Notes: generated from the sequence alone by a model not told the origin. Counted from the whole stretch's first letter, positions 37,131-49,429 are shown. The stretch: DNA of 63,701 nt, filler included, from Octopus bimaculoides (GCF_001194135.2; 7 parts of 7 records of this genome joined end to end with filler, not necessarily neighbours in it); one strand, 5' to 3'. A program made the numbers and translations.

Positions 37131-37374
37131 CTCGAGATTGCTCCAATCTAGCCAACCCCAAGGAAAAACTAAGCTAAGAGCATTAGATTCCTTGGAAGAA
37201 AGCAGCGAATATATACGAAAACAAGGACGGAAGAAAAACGGAGAAATGGTACACAAATACAAATGCAAATAACAGGACATGCATACATGCAAATATACAT
37301 ACATATATATGTATAAATGCATACATATGTATATGATGCCTGTGTGTACGTCTACAATGTTCGCACCAGTGTAA

Positions 37375-37540
37375 GCACATAAATGTGAAACAAGGTGGGA
37401 AAAAATAGTACTGGAATACCGGAGGTAGAGTAATATGCTTTATTATTATTAAAGCTGCAAAGACATCACACAAATATCACAAAAAACTGTACTCTGAGTA
37501 GTACTTTTTTGTGATATTTGTGTGATGTCTTTCCAGCTTT
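37375..37540. mobile_element. Sister of the 47697-47902 element; 90-bp foldback at 37451-37540
   Basis: Shared flank GAAACAAGGTGG..AATAGTACT.GAATACC.GAG.TAGAGTAATAT; arms AAAGCTG.AAAGACATCACACAAATATCACAAAAAA and its reverse complement surround CTGTACTCTGAGTAGTAC. Confidence 0.8.
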
Positions 37541-37607
37541 CCACGCAGTGGGATTGAATCCAGAACCATCTGGTTGGTAAGCAAGCTACTTACCACGCAG
37601 CCACTCC
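37541..37607 (-). mobile_element. SINE family B head fragment
   Basis: Reverse complement GGAGTGGCTGCGTGGTAAGTAGCTTGCTTACCAACC..GGATTCAATCCCACTGCGTGG. Confidence 0.85.
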
Positions 37608-37644
<37 letters not shown>

Positions 37645-37763
37645 ACAGAAACAGAGAAACAGAGAGAGATAACTAGATACATTCATGTATGTATAAATAC
37701 ATACATACGTATACGATCTATCTATCTATCTATCTATATAGATACATACATATATATAAATAC

Positions 37764-37821
<58 letters not shown>

Positions 37822-38328
37822 ATACACACACACACACACATATATACGTAATGTTTACTATATATACATATAGAGTTAATATTTATATATATTAATATAT
37901 AGGTGTGCCTGTGTGTGCGTGTGCATGTACATATTTACTATTATACACACATACACACACACGCACACACATACACACACACGCACATACATACACACAC
38001 ACACGCACATACATATCTGCAATATTTTATATACAAATACATACATACAAACAAACACAAACACATATTGCTGATGGTAATGCTCGCACCGGGGGTGGAG
38101 GACGGGTGTGTGTTGGGCACAAGCGACAAGCCCTGGAGGAAATGAAGGTATTGGCAAGTGATATGGGAGCTACAGAAAAAAACGGTGATGGTGATGTTCA
38201 TGATGATGATGATGATGATGATGACGACATGGCGCAGGAAAGGAGAAGCGGGTGGATAACAATTATAAAAATCTGGCTGCGGTTTCGGAGGAGGAGAAAA
38301 CGAATAATGAAGCAAAGGACAAAACGTC

Positions 38329-38329
<1 letters not shown>

Positions 38330-38398
<69 letters not shown>

Positions 38399-38435
38399 GT
38401 TATTGTTGTTGTTGTTGTTGTTATTATTATTATTA

Positions 38436-38476
<41 letters not shown>

Positions 38477-38490
38477 GTTATTATTATTAT
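38330..38490. repeat. (ATT/GTT)n microsatellite
   Basis: About 50 units. Confidence 0.95.
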
Positions 38491-38649
38491 AATATATTTT
38501 TTAAATAATAAATTAAAAAAGACTATCTCTGTCTTTTGTGTATGTATTAGCAATTATTAATTAATTAACACGCAAGTATTATGTGAAATGGAGCGATTAA
38601 CGAGTAGATAATGCGGTTGCATCACGTGTGATGACTGAGTACAAGAGGC

Positions 38650-39240
38650 TTTGGTCGTGTACAAGGGTGGGTGATGGTTGAGGGTGATAGTAAGACGGTG
38701 TTCGTGGTGGAGGTGTGGGCGATAGTAGGGTGGTGTTCGTGGTGATGGTCTGGGCGATAGTAGGGTGGTGTTGGTAGTGGTGGTGTAGGTGATAGTAGCA
38801 TGGTGTGGTGTTGGTGGTGCTGGTGTGGGCGATAGTAGGATGGTGTTGGTGGTGTGGATGGTAGTAGGCTGGTGTTGGTGGTAGTAGCGGTAGTAGTGAG
38901 TGTGGTGGCGTGGGCGATAGTAAGGTGATGTTAGTGATGGTGGCGGTTTGTAGTGGTGGTTGTGTTGGCGATAGCAAGGTAGTTGTGGTGATAGTGGCGG
39001 CGGTGGTAGTTGGGGAATCCGGTGGTGTTGATATTGTTTGTAGTAATGGTAATCTTGGTGGTTGTACTGATGTCGAGGGTGTTCATGGTGGTAGCGGGGT
39101 GGGGATTGTGGCAGTGGTGTATGTGTTAGTGGTGGTGCTGTTGTTGTTGTTGGTGGTGGTTGTCTTATTGGTGGTGGTGGTGATGATGGTGGTAGTGATG
39201 GTAGTGGTGGTATTGGTCGTGACGACTGGTGGTTTGGGCC
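38650..39240. repeat. (GGT/AGT)-rich low-complexity tract with a recurring GGCGATAG(T/C)A(G/A)G unit
   Basis: Unit recurs at about 38717, 38752, 38828, 38912 and 38967, in different reading frames. Confidence 0.8.
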
Positions 39241-40460
39241 GTAATAGCGTGGTGGTGAAAAAGGAGGAAGAAGACATAGAAAACGAAGACGAAGAGGAGG
39301 AAAACGAAGAGGAGGTGGAAGAAAATGAAGAGAAGGAGGAAGAGGGGGAGGAAGAAGGAGGAAGGAAGAGGAGGTGCAAGACGGATGTGTCAAAGAAAAA
39401 GTGACTGGAAGTTAATGAACGTTTTGTGTGTGTATGTGTGTGTGTGAGTGTGTGTGTATGTGTATGTGTGTATTTGTATATGTGTATGTGTGTATGTGAA
39501 TATGTATGGGAGCGTATATGTTCCTGAGAAATTGCTTCCTTCACCTGACACTCGGTCTTTTATCGACCTCGTCTCCCCTTTAAGGACAATTGACAGTAAC
39601 AACAACAACAACAGCAACAGTAGCAACATCAATAACGGCACAATTTATCGCCAATATTCACCATTACACATCGTCGTTAATAGTGACGTAACAACCACGA
39701 AAGCCACAAACACGGCACCGCCAGCACCGCCACCATCACCACCACCACCAGCACCAGCACCATCATCATCATCATCAAGAGTTCACTTTGATGAGAAAGG
39801 GATGTATCAACGTTTAGAGAGTAGTAGTAATAGCTGTTGCTGTTTCAAATCCTTCGGACGACAATCCAACCATGACTGTCCTGATTGTTTGTATATACGT
39901 ATATATATATATATATATATATATNNNNNNNNNNNNNNNNNNNNNNNNNNNNNNNNNNNNNNNNNNNNNNNNNNNNNNNNNNNNNNNNNNNNNNNNNNNN
40001 NNNNNNNNNNNNNNNNNNNNNNNNNNNNNNNNNNNNNNNNNNNNNNNNNNNNNNNNNNNNNNNNNNNNNNNNNNNNNNNNNNNNNNNNNNNNNNNNNNNN
40101 NNNNNNNNNNNNNNNNNNNNNNNNNNNNNNNNNNNNNNNNNNNNNNNNNNNNNNNNNNNNNNNNNNNNNNNNNNNNNNNNNNNNNNNNNNNNNNNNNNNN
40201 NNNNNNNNNNNNNNNNNNNNNNNNNNNNNNNNNNNNNNNNNNNNNNNNNNNNNNNNNNNNNNNNNNNNNNNNNNNNNNNNNNNNNNNNNNNNNNNNNNNN
40301 NNNNNNNNNNNNNNNNNNNNNNNNNNNNNNNNNNNNNNNNNNNNNNNNNNNNNNNNNNNNNNNNNNNNNNNNNNNNNNNNNNNNNNNNNNNNNNNNNNNN
40401 NNNNNNNNNNNNNNNNNNNNNNNNNNNNNNNNNNNNNNNNNNNNNNNNNNNNNNNNNNNN

Positions 40461-41030
40461 GGTGGCATTGCTGGTGGTGGTTGTAGTGGTAGTAATAATG
40501 GTGGTCGTGGTAGTGGTATTAGTGCAAGTTGTAGTGTTGGTGGTGTCGGTGGTGGTGGTGTTGACGTTGTTGGTTCTAGTGGTGATGGAAATGAAGGTAT
40601 AGGTAGTAGTGCAAGATATAGTAGTGGTGGTATTGGTAGTGCAGGTTCTAGGGGTGTTGGTGGTAGTGTTGGTGGTGGTGTTGCTGGTATTACTAGTTGC
40701 AGTGGTGGTGGTGGTGGTGGTGGTGAAGGTGTAGGTGGTAGTGCAAGTTATAGTGGTAGTAGTGGTGGTGGGTTTGTGATGGTGACGATAGTAGTTGTGG
40801 GTGGTAGGTGGTGAGGATGGTGGAGGCATAGGTAGCAGTACAAATTGTAGTGGTAGTGTTGTTGGTAGTGTTGCTGGTTGTCGTGGTGGTAATGCAAGTT
40901 GTAGCGGTGGTGGTGATGGTGGTGATGATGGTGTGTTGTGGTGTGGTGTCGGTGGTGGTAGTGGAGGTATAAATAGTAGCGGTAGTGCTGGACGAAAAAG
41001 AGGTGGTGGCGTTCTGTAGTGGTGGTCACC
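40461..41030. repeat. (GGT/AGT)-rich low-complexity tract with a recurring TAGTGCAAGTTRTAG-like unit
   Basis: Unit recurs about 5-6 times; reading frame shifts near 40790. Confidence 0.75.
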
Positions 41031-41210
41031 ACAATGATTCATTATTCTTGTGGTTATTGTCAACACAAGGCTATTGTTGTTCTGTTATTTTCGGTCAACT
41101 GCAGAAGCATCCTACCACATCCGGTTCATTATAGGGAGACACACAGACAGACACACACACAAACTCTCTCTCTCTTTCTGTGTATCTCTCTCTTTCTGTG
41201 TATCTCTCTC

Positions 41211-41260
<50 letters not shown>

Positions 41261-41943
41261 ACTCTGTTACATACACATACACAAAGATGTAAATGTTTTT
41301 CCAAATATTAGTTATACATATATATATATATATATGTGTGTGTGTGTATGAGTCTGTATGTGTGTGTCTATATGCATAATATATATATATATACATGTAT
41401 GTATGTATGTATNNNNNNNNNNNNNNNNNNNNNNNNNNNNNNNNNNNNNNNNNNNNNNNNNNNNNNNNNNNNNNNNNNNNNNNNNNNNNNNNNNNNNNNN
41501 NNNNNNNNNNNNNNNNNNNNNNNNNNNNNNNNNNNNNNNNNNNNNNNNNNNNNNNNNNNNNNNNNNNNNNNNNNNNNNNNNAATACACATATATGAGGAT
41601 TATTATATATAGACATATATATATATATAAATTTTATACACATAGACTTACACGCATATGATACGAAATATGTGTGTATAAGGGTCTGTCTGAGTGAGTA
41701 TATATCTTGTATATACGTATATAAATTTATATATCATACATGCAAGCACTCACACATAAATATAATACATAATATATATGTGTGTGTATATATATATATA
41801 TATATGTATGTATATATTTATATATGTGTGTGTGTACCTATACACACAATCACACGCACACACACATACATATGCACAATCATATGTGATATGCATACCT
41901 GTATGTATCAATCTCTCTCTCTATCTATCTATCTATCTATCTA

Positions 41944-41985
<42 letters not shown>

Positions 41986-42305
41986 CACACACACGCATAT
42001 ACATACGTACACACTCACAAATATACAGATATATAAATAGCACCTGATCCTGACTAAGACTTAGAAGTACGGTCTCTTTTCTGAGAGATCAATTGAGCAT
42101 TTTAATTTCTATAGAATCATATTTTAAGAGGAAAAAGATGTCTGTTTGTTCTGGGCAGGAAATCATGATAAATCTTTTGTGTCCTCTATAACTCATGGAG
42201 ACATGAGGGTCCGCTTGGTGAGGATAGAAATATATATGTTACATACATACATACAAACATACGTACATACATAGATTTATACATACATATACATACACAT
42301 ACATA

Positions 42306-42698
42306 GGTACAAGCATGGCTGTATGGTAAGGAGCTTGCTTCCCAACCACATGATTCCGGGTTCAGTCCCTCTGCGTAGAACCTATAGTTTCGGGATGGCC
42401 AAAGCCTTGTGAGTGGATTTGGTAGACGGAAACTGAAAGCTCGTCATATATACATGTGTCTATGTGCGTACCAATGTGTCTGTTTGTCCATGTTTATCAC
42501 TATTGCTTGACAACCAATGTCATTGCATTTATGTCCCCTCCCGTAACTTAGCAGTTAGGCAAAAGACATCGATAGAATAAGTACTAGGCCCAAGAAAAAA
42601 AATGTACAGGGGCCGATTGTTTCATTTAAAAGCCTTTAAGGCAGTGCTCCAGCATGGCCGCAGTCAAATGACAGAAACAAATAAGGGAATAAAAGAAC
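42306..42698 (+). mobile_element. Near full-length SINE family B (internal deletion around the CORE-like box)
   Basis: GCATGGCTGTATGGTAAG..GCCAAAGCCTTGTGAGTGGATTTGGTAGACGGAAACTGAA..GTGCTCCAGCATGGCCGCAGTCAAATGAC.GAAACAAATAA. Confidence 0.88.
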
Positions 42699-43265
42699 AT
42701 ACGTATGTAAACATATATATATATATATATATATACATATGAGAAGAGATGACCACTAAATGGACACCATTATGCTAGAGATAGACCATCTACGGTCAAA
42801 CCACAAAGGAAAAGAATGTTCTCTAGGGAAGTTCAGCGCACACCATAACATGAACGGGCAAGATAAATGAAAATAAACAAAATAAAGAAATAAAGAATTA
42901 ATCGTAGACCAGGTTTCGCACATTAATGGATTAATGTAATTTTACTTACACAACCCATCCGTTGCTCATCAGTACGACCGTTCAATTCAATGTAATTTGC
43001 AGAACAATACACGAATTGTCCACATAAAATTAGATATGTGTACAGTTCTACCGATTACATTGAAGTTATTTTCAAAAGTCCCAGCTCTGGCACTCTAAAT
43101 ACCGGAAACAATTCTGCAGAAGATAATTCACTGCAGTAACCATCGCCGGTTAGAGAACATGATTATTAAACTTTAAATAATAATATTAATTGTTACATAT
43201 ATGGTTTTATTTCATGCTGGATAGTTTATAAAATATTATAAAGATTTTATCCTTGATTGTATATG

Positions 43266-43602
43266 AGTAAAGCCACACGCTGGAAAGGGACGCGAAGGTC
43301 AAACTACTTTAGCAAATGTAGGTTTTTTTCCATGGATATATAAGTATGAACATTTGTATATGCTCTGTGGGTAAGTTGTGTTCGCATGGTATGTATAAGC
43401 GTTTATAGTTACATATTTCTGGTTATGTTTGCACTGACGAATGGAGAACGTGTTACAGCGCTGACAATGAAATCACTTCGATATGTAACTGAAACTTTAA
43501 AACAAAACATTTTCTCTTTGTTCATTCCCTCGACTTCAGCGTGTGTGTATATTTGATAAAGTAGTTTCACTTCAGTGTCCCTTTCCAGCGTGTGGCATTA
43601 CT
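43266..43602. mobile_element. About 337-bp MITE with about 50-bp TIRs (unclassified)
   Basis: AGTAAAGCCACACGCTGGAAAGGGAC..AAACTACTTTAGCAAAT pairs with ATTTGATAAAGTAGTTT..GTCCCTTTCCAGCGTGTGGCATTACT; no clean TSD. Confidence 0.8.
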
Positions 43603-43714
43603 TAAAGTAACAATCCTTAATGTAATGATGTATTTTTAAAAAATTGTATACTTTATATTAATGTTTTACCTTAATTGGTTTTCCACGCTGGCCACTTGGA
43701 TATATATATATGTA

Positions 43715-43964
43715 TCAATGCGCCCTTTTTAACGCCTAGCCAGGCTATTGGGTCCGGTTTCCCGGTTTCAATGGCGTATGTGTTCCCCCCACCTGGACGG
43801 GACGCCAGTCCATCGCAGCGTTACTCATTTTTACCAGCTGAGTGGACTGGAGCAACGTGAAGTGAAGTGTTTTGCTCAAGAACACAACTCGTCACCCAGT
43901 CCAGGAATCGAAACCACAATTTTACGATCATGATGCTGACACCCTAACCACTAAGCCACGCGCC
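43715..43964 (-). mobile_element. SINE family C, tail variant 2 (V-domain-like)
   Basis: Same head and CORE-like box as 16481-16617, then GCTGCGATGGACTGGCGTCCCGTCCAGG (reverse complement of 43791-43821), recalled as similar to the V-SINE domain. Confidence 0.85.
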
Positions 43965-43979
43965 TCCACACACACACAA

Positions 43980-44015
<36 letters not shown>

Positions 44016-45225
44016 GTACATACATATACATATATATACATATATATANNNNNNNNNNNNNNNNNNNNNNNNNNNNNNNNNNNNNNNNNNNNNNNNNNNN
44101 NNNNNNNNNNNNNNNNNNNNNNNNNNNNNNNNNNNNNNNNNNNNNNNNNNNNNNNNNNNNNNNNNNNNNNNNNNNNNNNNNNNNNNNNNNNNNNNNNNNN
44201 NNNNNNNNNNNNNNNNNNNNNNNNNNNNNNNNNNNNNNNNNNNNNNNNNNNNNNNNNNNNNNNNNNNNNNNNNNNNNNNNNNNNNNNNNNNNNNNNNNNN
44301 NNNNNNNNNNNNNNNNNNNNNNNNNNNNNNNNNNNNNNNNNNNNNNNNNNNNNNNNNNNNNNNNNNNNNNNNNNNNNNNNNNNNNNNNNNNNNNNNNNNN
44401 NNNNNNNNNNNNNNNNNNNNNNNNNNNNNNNNNNNNNNNNNNNNNNNNNNNNNNNNNNNNNNNNNNNNNNNNNNNNNNNNNNNNNNNNNNNNNNNNNNNN
44501 NNNNNNNNNNNNNNNNNNNNNNNNNNNNNNNNNNNNNNNNNNNNNNNNNNNNNNNNNNNNNNNNNNNNNNNNNNNNNNNNNNNNNNNNNNNNNNNNNNNN
44601 NNNNNNNNNNNNNNNNNNNNNNNNNNNNNNNNNNNNNNNNNNNNNNNNNNNNNNNNNNNNNNNNNNNNNNNNNNNNNNNNNNNNNNNNNNNNNNNNNNNN
44701 NNNNNNNNNNNNNNNNNNNNNNNNNNNNNNNNNNNNNNNNNNNNNNNNNNNNNNNNNNNNNNNNNNNNNNNNNNNNNNNNNNNNNNNNNNNNNNNNNNNN
44801 NNNNNNNNNNNNNNNNNNNNNNNNNNNNNNNNNNNNNNNNNNNNNNNNNNNNNNNNNNNNNNNNNNNNNNNNNNNNNNNNNNNNNNNNNNNNNNNNNNNN
44901 NNNNNNNNNNNNNNNNNNNNNNNNNNNNNNNNNNNNNNNNNNNNNNNNNNNNNNNNNNNNNNNNNNNNNNNNNNNNNNNGGAGGCGCCTGCCGTTGGTTT
45001 TGTTGTTGGTGTTTTGTTTAAAATGTAATTAACTTCTCTTTTTAATTTTCCTCGATCATTAACCACAGAGGAAACAAGACACAGGCAGGCATACACGCAC
45101 ACACGCATGCACACACACACGCACACATACACACGCACGCACCCACACACACAAGGAAAGAGCGGTGGGGAGGGAGAAATTGAAGATATCGTTTTAATTA
45201 ATTTTGTATATTTGTTTCGCATCGC

Positions 45226-45610
45226 CATCGTCATCATCATCATCACCATTGTCGTCATCATCATCATCATCATCATCATCGTCGTCATCGTCGTCATCGT
45301 CATCATCATCAGCAACATTAGCAGCGTCATAGTCGTCGTTGTCATTATCACTATCGTCATCATCATTATTATCATCATAACCATCATCATCATCATCATC
45401 ATCATCATAATCATCATCATCATCATCACCAGCATCACCACCATCGCCATCTTCGTTATCATCATCACATCAGCAGCACTTCCATCACAACCATCACCAC
45501 TACTACCCCTACCACCACCAGCATCAACAGGAACATCATCAACAGGATGACGACGACCACCACCACCACAACTATCACCAACACCATAATCATCATCATC
45601 ATCATCACCA
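45226..45610. repeat. (CAT/CGT/CAC)n low-complexity tract
   Basis: Directly visible; source of poly-M/I/H ORFs. Confidence 0.92.
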
Positions 45611-45885
45611 TGATTACAATTCTGTTGGCTTGTTGACTAGTTGGGTGGTTGGCTAGTTGGCTGGTTGGTCGATGGCCCCTAACTTCACAGTTATTAAATT
45701 GTCATTTATTTGTTGGCGAATCCATTCAAGTGTCGCCTGACAATAAAACGGGGTGAATTTAAAGAGACAATAAAAATAGATATAAATATCAATATAAAAG
45801 GAATAAAATAAAACGAGTAAAATTGAGTAAATAAATAAAACAGATATAAATATATATAAAAATAAATAAAATGAAATGAATAAAA

Positions 45886-45925
<40 letters not shown>

Positions 45926-46152
45926 ATGTAAGGGGTTTGTGCGCGGCGAGCGAAATCGTTGTAAAATGAAGACGAAAGTTTTAGTGGATTATTAGGGGAG
46001 CAAGGATGGGGTGCCTGTGTGTATGTGTGCGTGTATATGTATATATGTGTGTATATATACATATACATATATATACACTTACATATATATATACACATAT
46101 ATATATATACATATATATACATATATATAATATATATATATCTGTGTGTGTA

Positions 46153-46204
<52 letters not shown>

Positions 46205-46253
46205 TATATATACATATATATATATATATGTCTGTGTATATATATATATATAT

Positions 46254-46353
46254 NNNNNNNNNNNNNNNNNNNNNNNNNNNNNNNNNNNNNNNNNNNNTTA
46301 ATTAATTAANNNNNNNNNNNNNNNNNNNNNNNNNNNNNNNNNNNNNNNNNNNN
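46254..46353. other. Artificial 100-nt scaffold spacer
   Basis: TTAATTAATTAA at 46298-46309 between 44-N flanks. Confidence 0.97.
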
Positions 46354-46393
<40 letters not shown>

Positions 46394-46790
46394 GTCATCG
46401 GCGCCCTCCTTCTCTTCCTTCTCTTCCTGCTGCTGCTGCTTCTCCTCCTCCACCTTCACCTCCTCCTCCTCCAACCCTCTCCACCTCCACCTTCACCTCC
46501 ACCTCCACCTCCACCTCCACCTCCACCACCACCTCCTCCTCCACCTCCACCTCCTTCTTATCACCAGCATCATCATCATTACTTGCATCATCATCGTCAA
46601 CACCATCACCACTTGCATCATCTTCCTTCTCCTCTTCTTCTTCCTCCTCCTCCTCCTCCTCATGATCATCATCATCATTATCATTATCATCATCATTATC
46701 ATTATCATCATCGTCGTCACCAACATCCGCTTACATCACATCTGACTCCACCACCACCAACGTCGTCATCGTCCTTATCATTACCTTCAC
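46354..46790. repeat. (CAT)/(CCT)/(CTCCAC)n low-complexity tract
   Basis: Directly visible. Confidence 0.9.
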
Positions 46791-47696
46791 CATCTGGAAA
46801 CTCTGACCATCCCGACCTTGTTATTCTCCTCCCACTCCTTCTATCCCCTTCTGTTGTCCTTATTAATTGTTTCCTCTTCAATCTTGATATCTCTAAGATG
46901 CTATCAATCTACTTTATTTTCTAGGTCTTTCTCGCTTGGCCCCTTTCCAGTGGGTGGGCGTGGAAAACAGATAGAAAAGATGGATATGCACACACACACA
47001 CACACACATACATNNNNNNNNNNNNNNNNNNNNNNNNNNNNNNNNNNNNNNNNNNNNNNNNNNNNNNNNNNNNNNNNNNNNNNNNNNNNNNNNNNNNNNN
47101 NNNNNNNNNNNNNNNNNNNNNNNNNNNNNNNNNNNNNNNNNNNNNNNNNNNNNNNNNNNNNNNNNNNNNNNNNNNNNNNNNNNNNNNNNNNNNNNNNNNN
47201 NNNNNNNNNNNNNNNNNNNNNNNNNNNNNNNNNNNNNNNNNNNNNNNNNNNNNNNNNNNNNNNNNNNNNNNNNNNNNNNNNNNNNNNNNNNNNNNNNNNN
47301 NNNNNNNNNNNNNNNNNNNNNNNNNNNNNNNNNNNNNNNNNNNNNNNNNNNNNNNNNNNNNNNNNNNNNNNNNNNNNNNNNNNNNNNNNNNNNNNNNNNN
47401 NNNNNNNNNNNNNNGTTCATAGTATAGAGTAATGTACTGTGAACTAATAGGGGTGGTTAGGGACGATGTGCTTTCTCTCCATCTGCTAGAAATAGCTACC
47501 TAGACTACCTCATATATGTAGGAAAATGTCGGGATGTCCACGGCTCAAATGCTTTTGAGCATAGATCTCCTTGAGAAATATTTATTCATGGGTATGTTTG
47601 TATGCATGTATGTATGTACGTATATATATGCATTCATACATATATATACATATGTATATACATACATACATACATACATATACCGGAGGAAGCAGA

Positions 47697-47902
47697 TAAA
47701 TGCGAAACAAGGTGGAACGAATAGTACTCGAATACCAGAGCTAGAGTAATATAATTTATTAAAAAGTAGCGAAAATATCACAAAAACTGTTACTTAGAGT
47801 GTCACGTCCTCATTTGTCGGACATAAACAAAACTGTCCGACGAACGGGAACGTGAAACTCTGAGTAACAGTTTTTGTGATATTTTTGCCGCTTTTTAATA
47901 AA
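47697..47902. mobile_element. Penelope-end-like element with a 148-bp head-to-head foldback (47755-47902)
   Basis: Left arm TTTATTAAAAAG..AAAATATCACAAAAACTGTTAC..TGTCGGACA pairs with right arm TGTCCGAC..GTAACAGTTTTTGTGATATTTT..CTTTTTAATAAA; flank shared with 37375-37450. Confidence 0.8.
47829..47874 (+). ncRNA. Type-I hammerhead-ribozyme-like fold with a U4C variant core
   Basis: AAAACTGT (stem I) CCGACGA (core; canonical CUGANGA) ACG-GGAA-CGT (stem II) GAAA C-TCTGA-G (stem III) TA, predicted cut after 47866, then ACAGTTTT (stem I partner, 8 of 8 pairs). Activity untested. Confidence 0.6.
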
Positions 47903-47946
47903 GTATATATATACATACATACGCACGCACGCACACACACACACAT

Positions 47947-47983
<37 letters not shown>

Positions 47984-49291
47984 CATATATATATAATTGG
48001 CAAACTGCGTAGGACGACGACGAAAGAAGTAGATCTGAATATCGTTGGAAAAAAGGACTATATTTACTGCATGATATAGTCATGGCGACTCACAAACAGG
48101 ACTTCAAGTTTCTGTAGCAACGATACCATGATCACCGTACTTCTTCAGCTGCCTATGTCCGGTAACAAACATGAAGATCGAACCATCGTTTGTGTGTGTG
48201 TGCTTGTGCTTGTCTGTTCACCTGTTTGTTTATCTATCTATCTAGCTAGCTATGTCTGTCTGTCTGTCTATCTATATTTCTATCTACACACACATATGTA
48301 TATATATGTGTGTGTGTGGTTGTGTGTGTGTATATATGTAAGTATGTATGTATGTATGTATGTATGTATGTATGTATGTATATAAGAATGTATCTATCAA
48401 GATGGAGAGAGGGGGAGAAAAAGAGAGAGTGAAGTGTGTATATAACACAGGATCTGTGTGGAGTATGCATTAACTTGTCTGAGCCGATGTAGTTTCAGCT
48501 TTTCTGGCACGGGGGAGCCTTAGCAAGGGCTGACATGGGATCTCACAACAGCAACCACGACATACAGACTTTGGATCCTTTCACACTCCACTTCTTTCAA
48601 TAGTTTTTATACATATCATTGCGGGACATTTATGTGACACAATGTGACGCAGCGTAGCGTCACTGGTGCCAGATACAAATCTACAGAGCGAAGAGGGGAG
48701 AAAATGTAAATTTTAGCTTTTAAATGCACCCGCTTCGCCTCCACTATACATCTCCTTCTCCTCCTCCTCCTCCTCCTCCTCCTACTACTACTACTCGTCT
48801 TTCTCTTCTTCCATCTCACCCTCCTTTACATGATCATCATCCAAGTCATTAACATCTTCATGGATGCCTCCCCCCTCACATTCCCGTCACAGCCAACACC
48901 TTCTCACCAACGTCTGTTCTCTAACACTGAAACTTCTCTTCCACCCCATCCTCCTCTTCCTCTTCCTCCTCATCATCGTCGTCATCATCGTCGTCATCAT
49001 CGTCATCCACTAACGCCAGCATCCTCCCACCTCTGTCTGGTCTCTAACATGAACTCATTCTCCACTTCCTGTCACATCAGGTACTGACTCACCTCGCTGA
49101 CCACTACAAACATACTCAATATAATTGCATTGTATATGTGTGAATACATACATACATACAGACATACATAAGACAGACAGACAGACAGACATATATATGC
49201 ACACATACACACACATACATATATACACATAAATTAACTAGGTTATGTATGTTTATGTGTGTGGGTATATATATACCTACCTACCTACCTA

Positions 49292-49391
49292 NNNNNNNNN
49301 NNNNNNNNNNNNNNNNNNNNNNNNNNNNNNNNNNNTTAATTAATTAANNNNNNNNNNNNNNNNNNNNNNNNNNNNNNNNNNNNNNNNNNNN
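49292..49391. other. Artificial 100-nt scaffold spacer
   Basis: TTAATTAATTAA at 49336-49347 between 44-N flanks. Confidence 0.97.
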
Positions 49392-49429
49392 TATATATAT
49401 ATATATATACTTACTTACTTGAAAATGGA

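Noticed and set aside
49074-49087. ACATCAGGTACTGA similarity to the 3' part of miR-12
   Set aside because: Seed region does not match and no hairpin partner is present.
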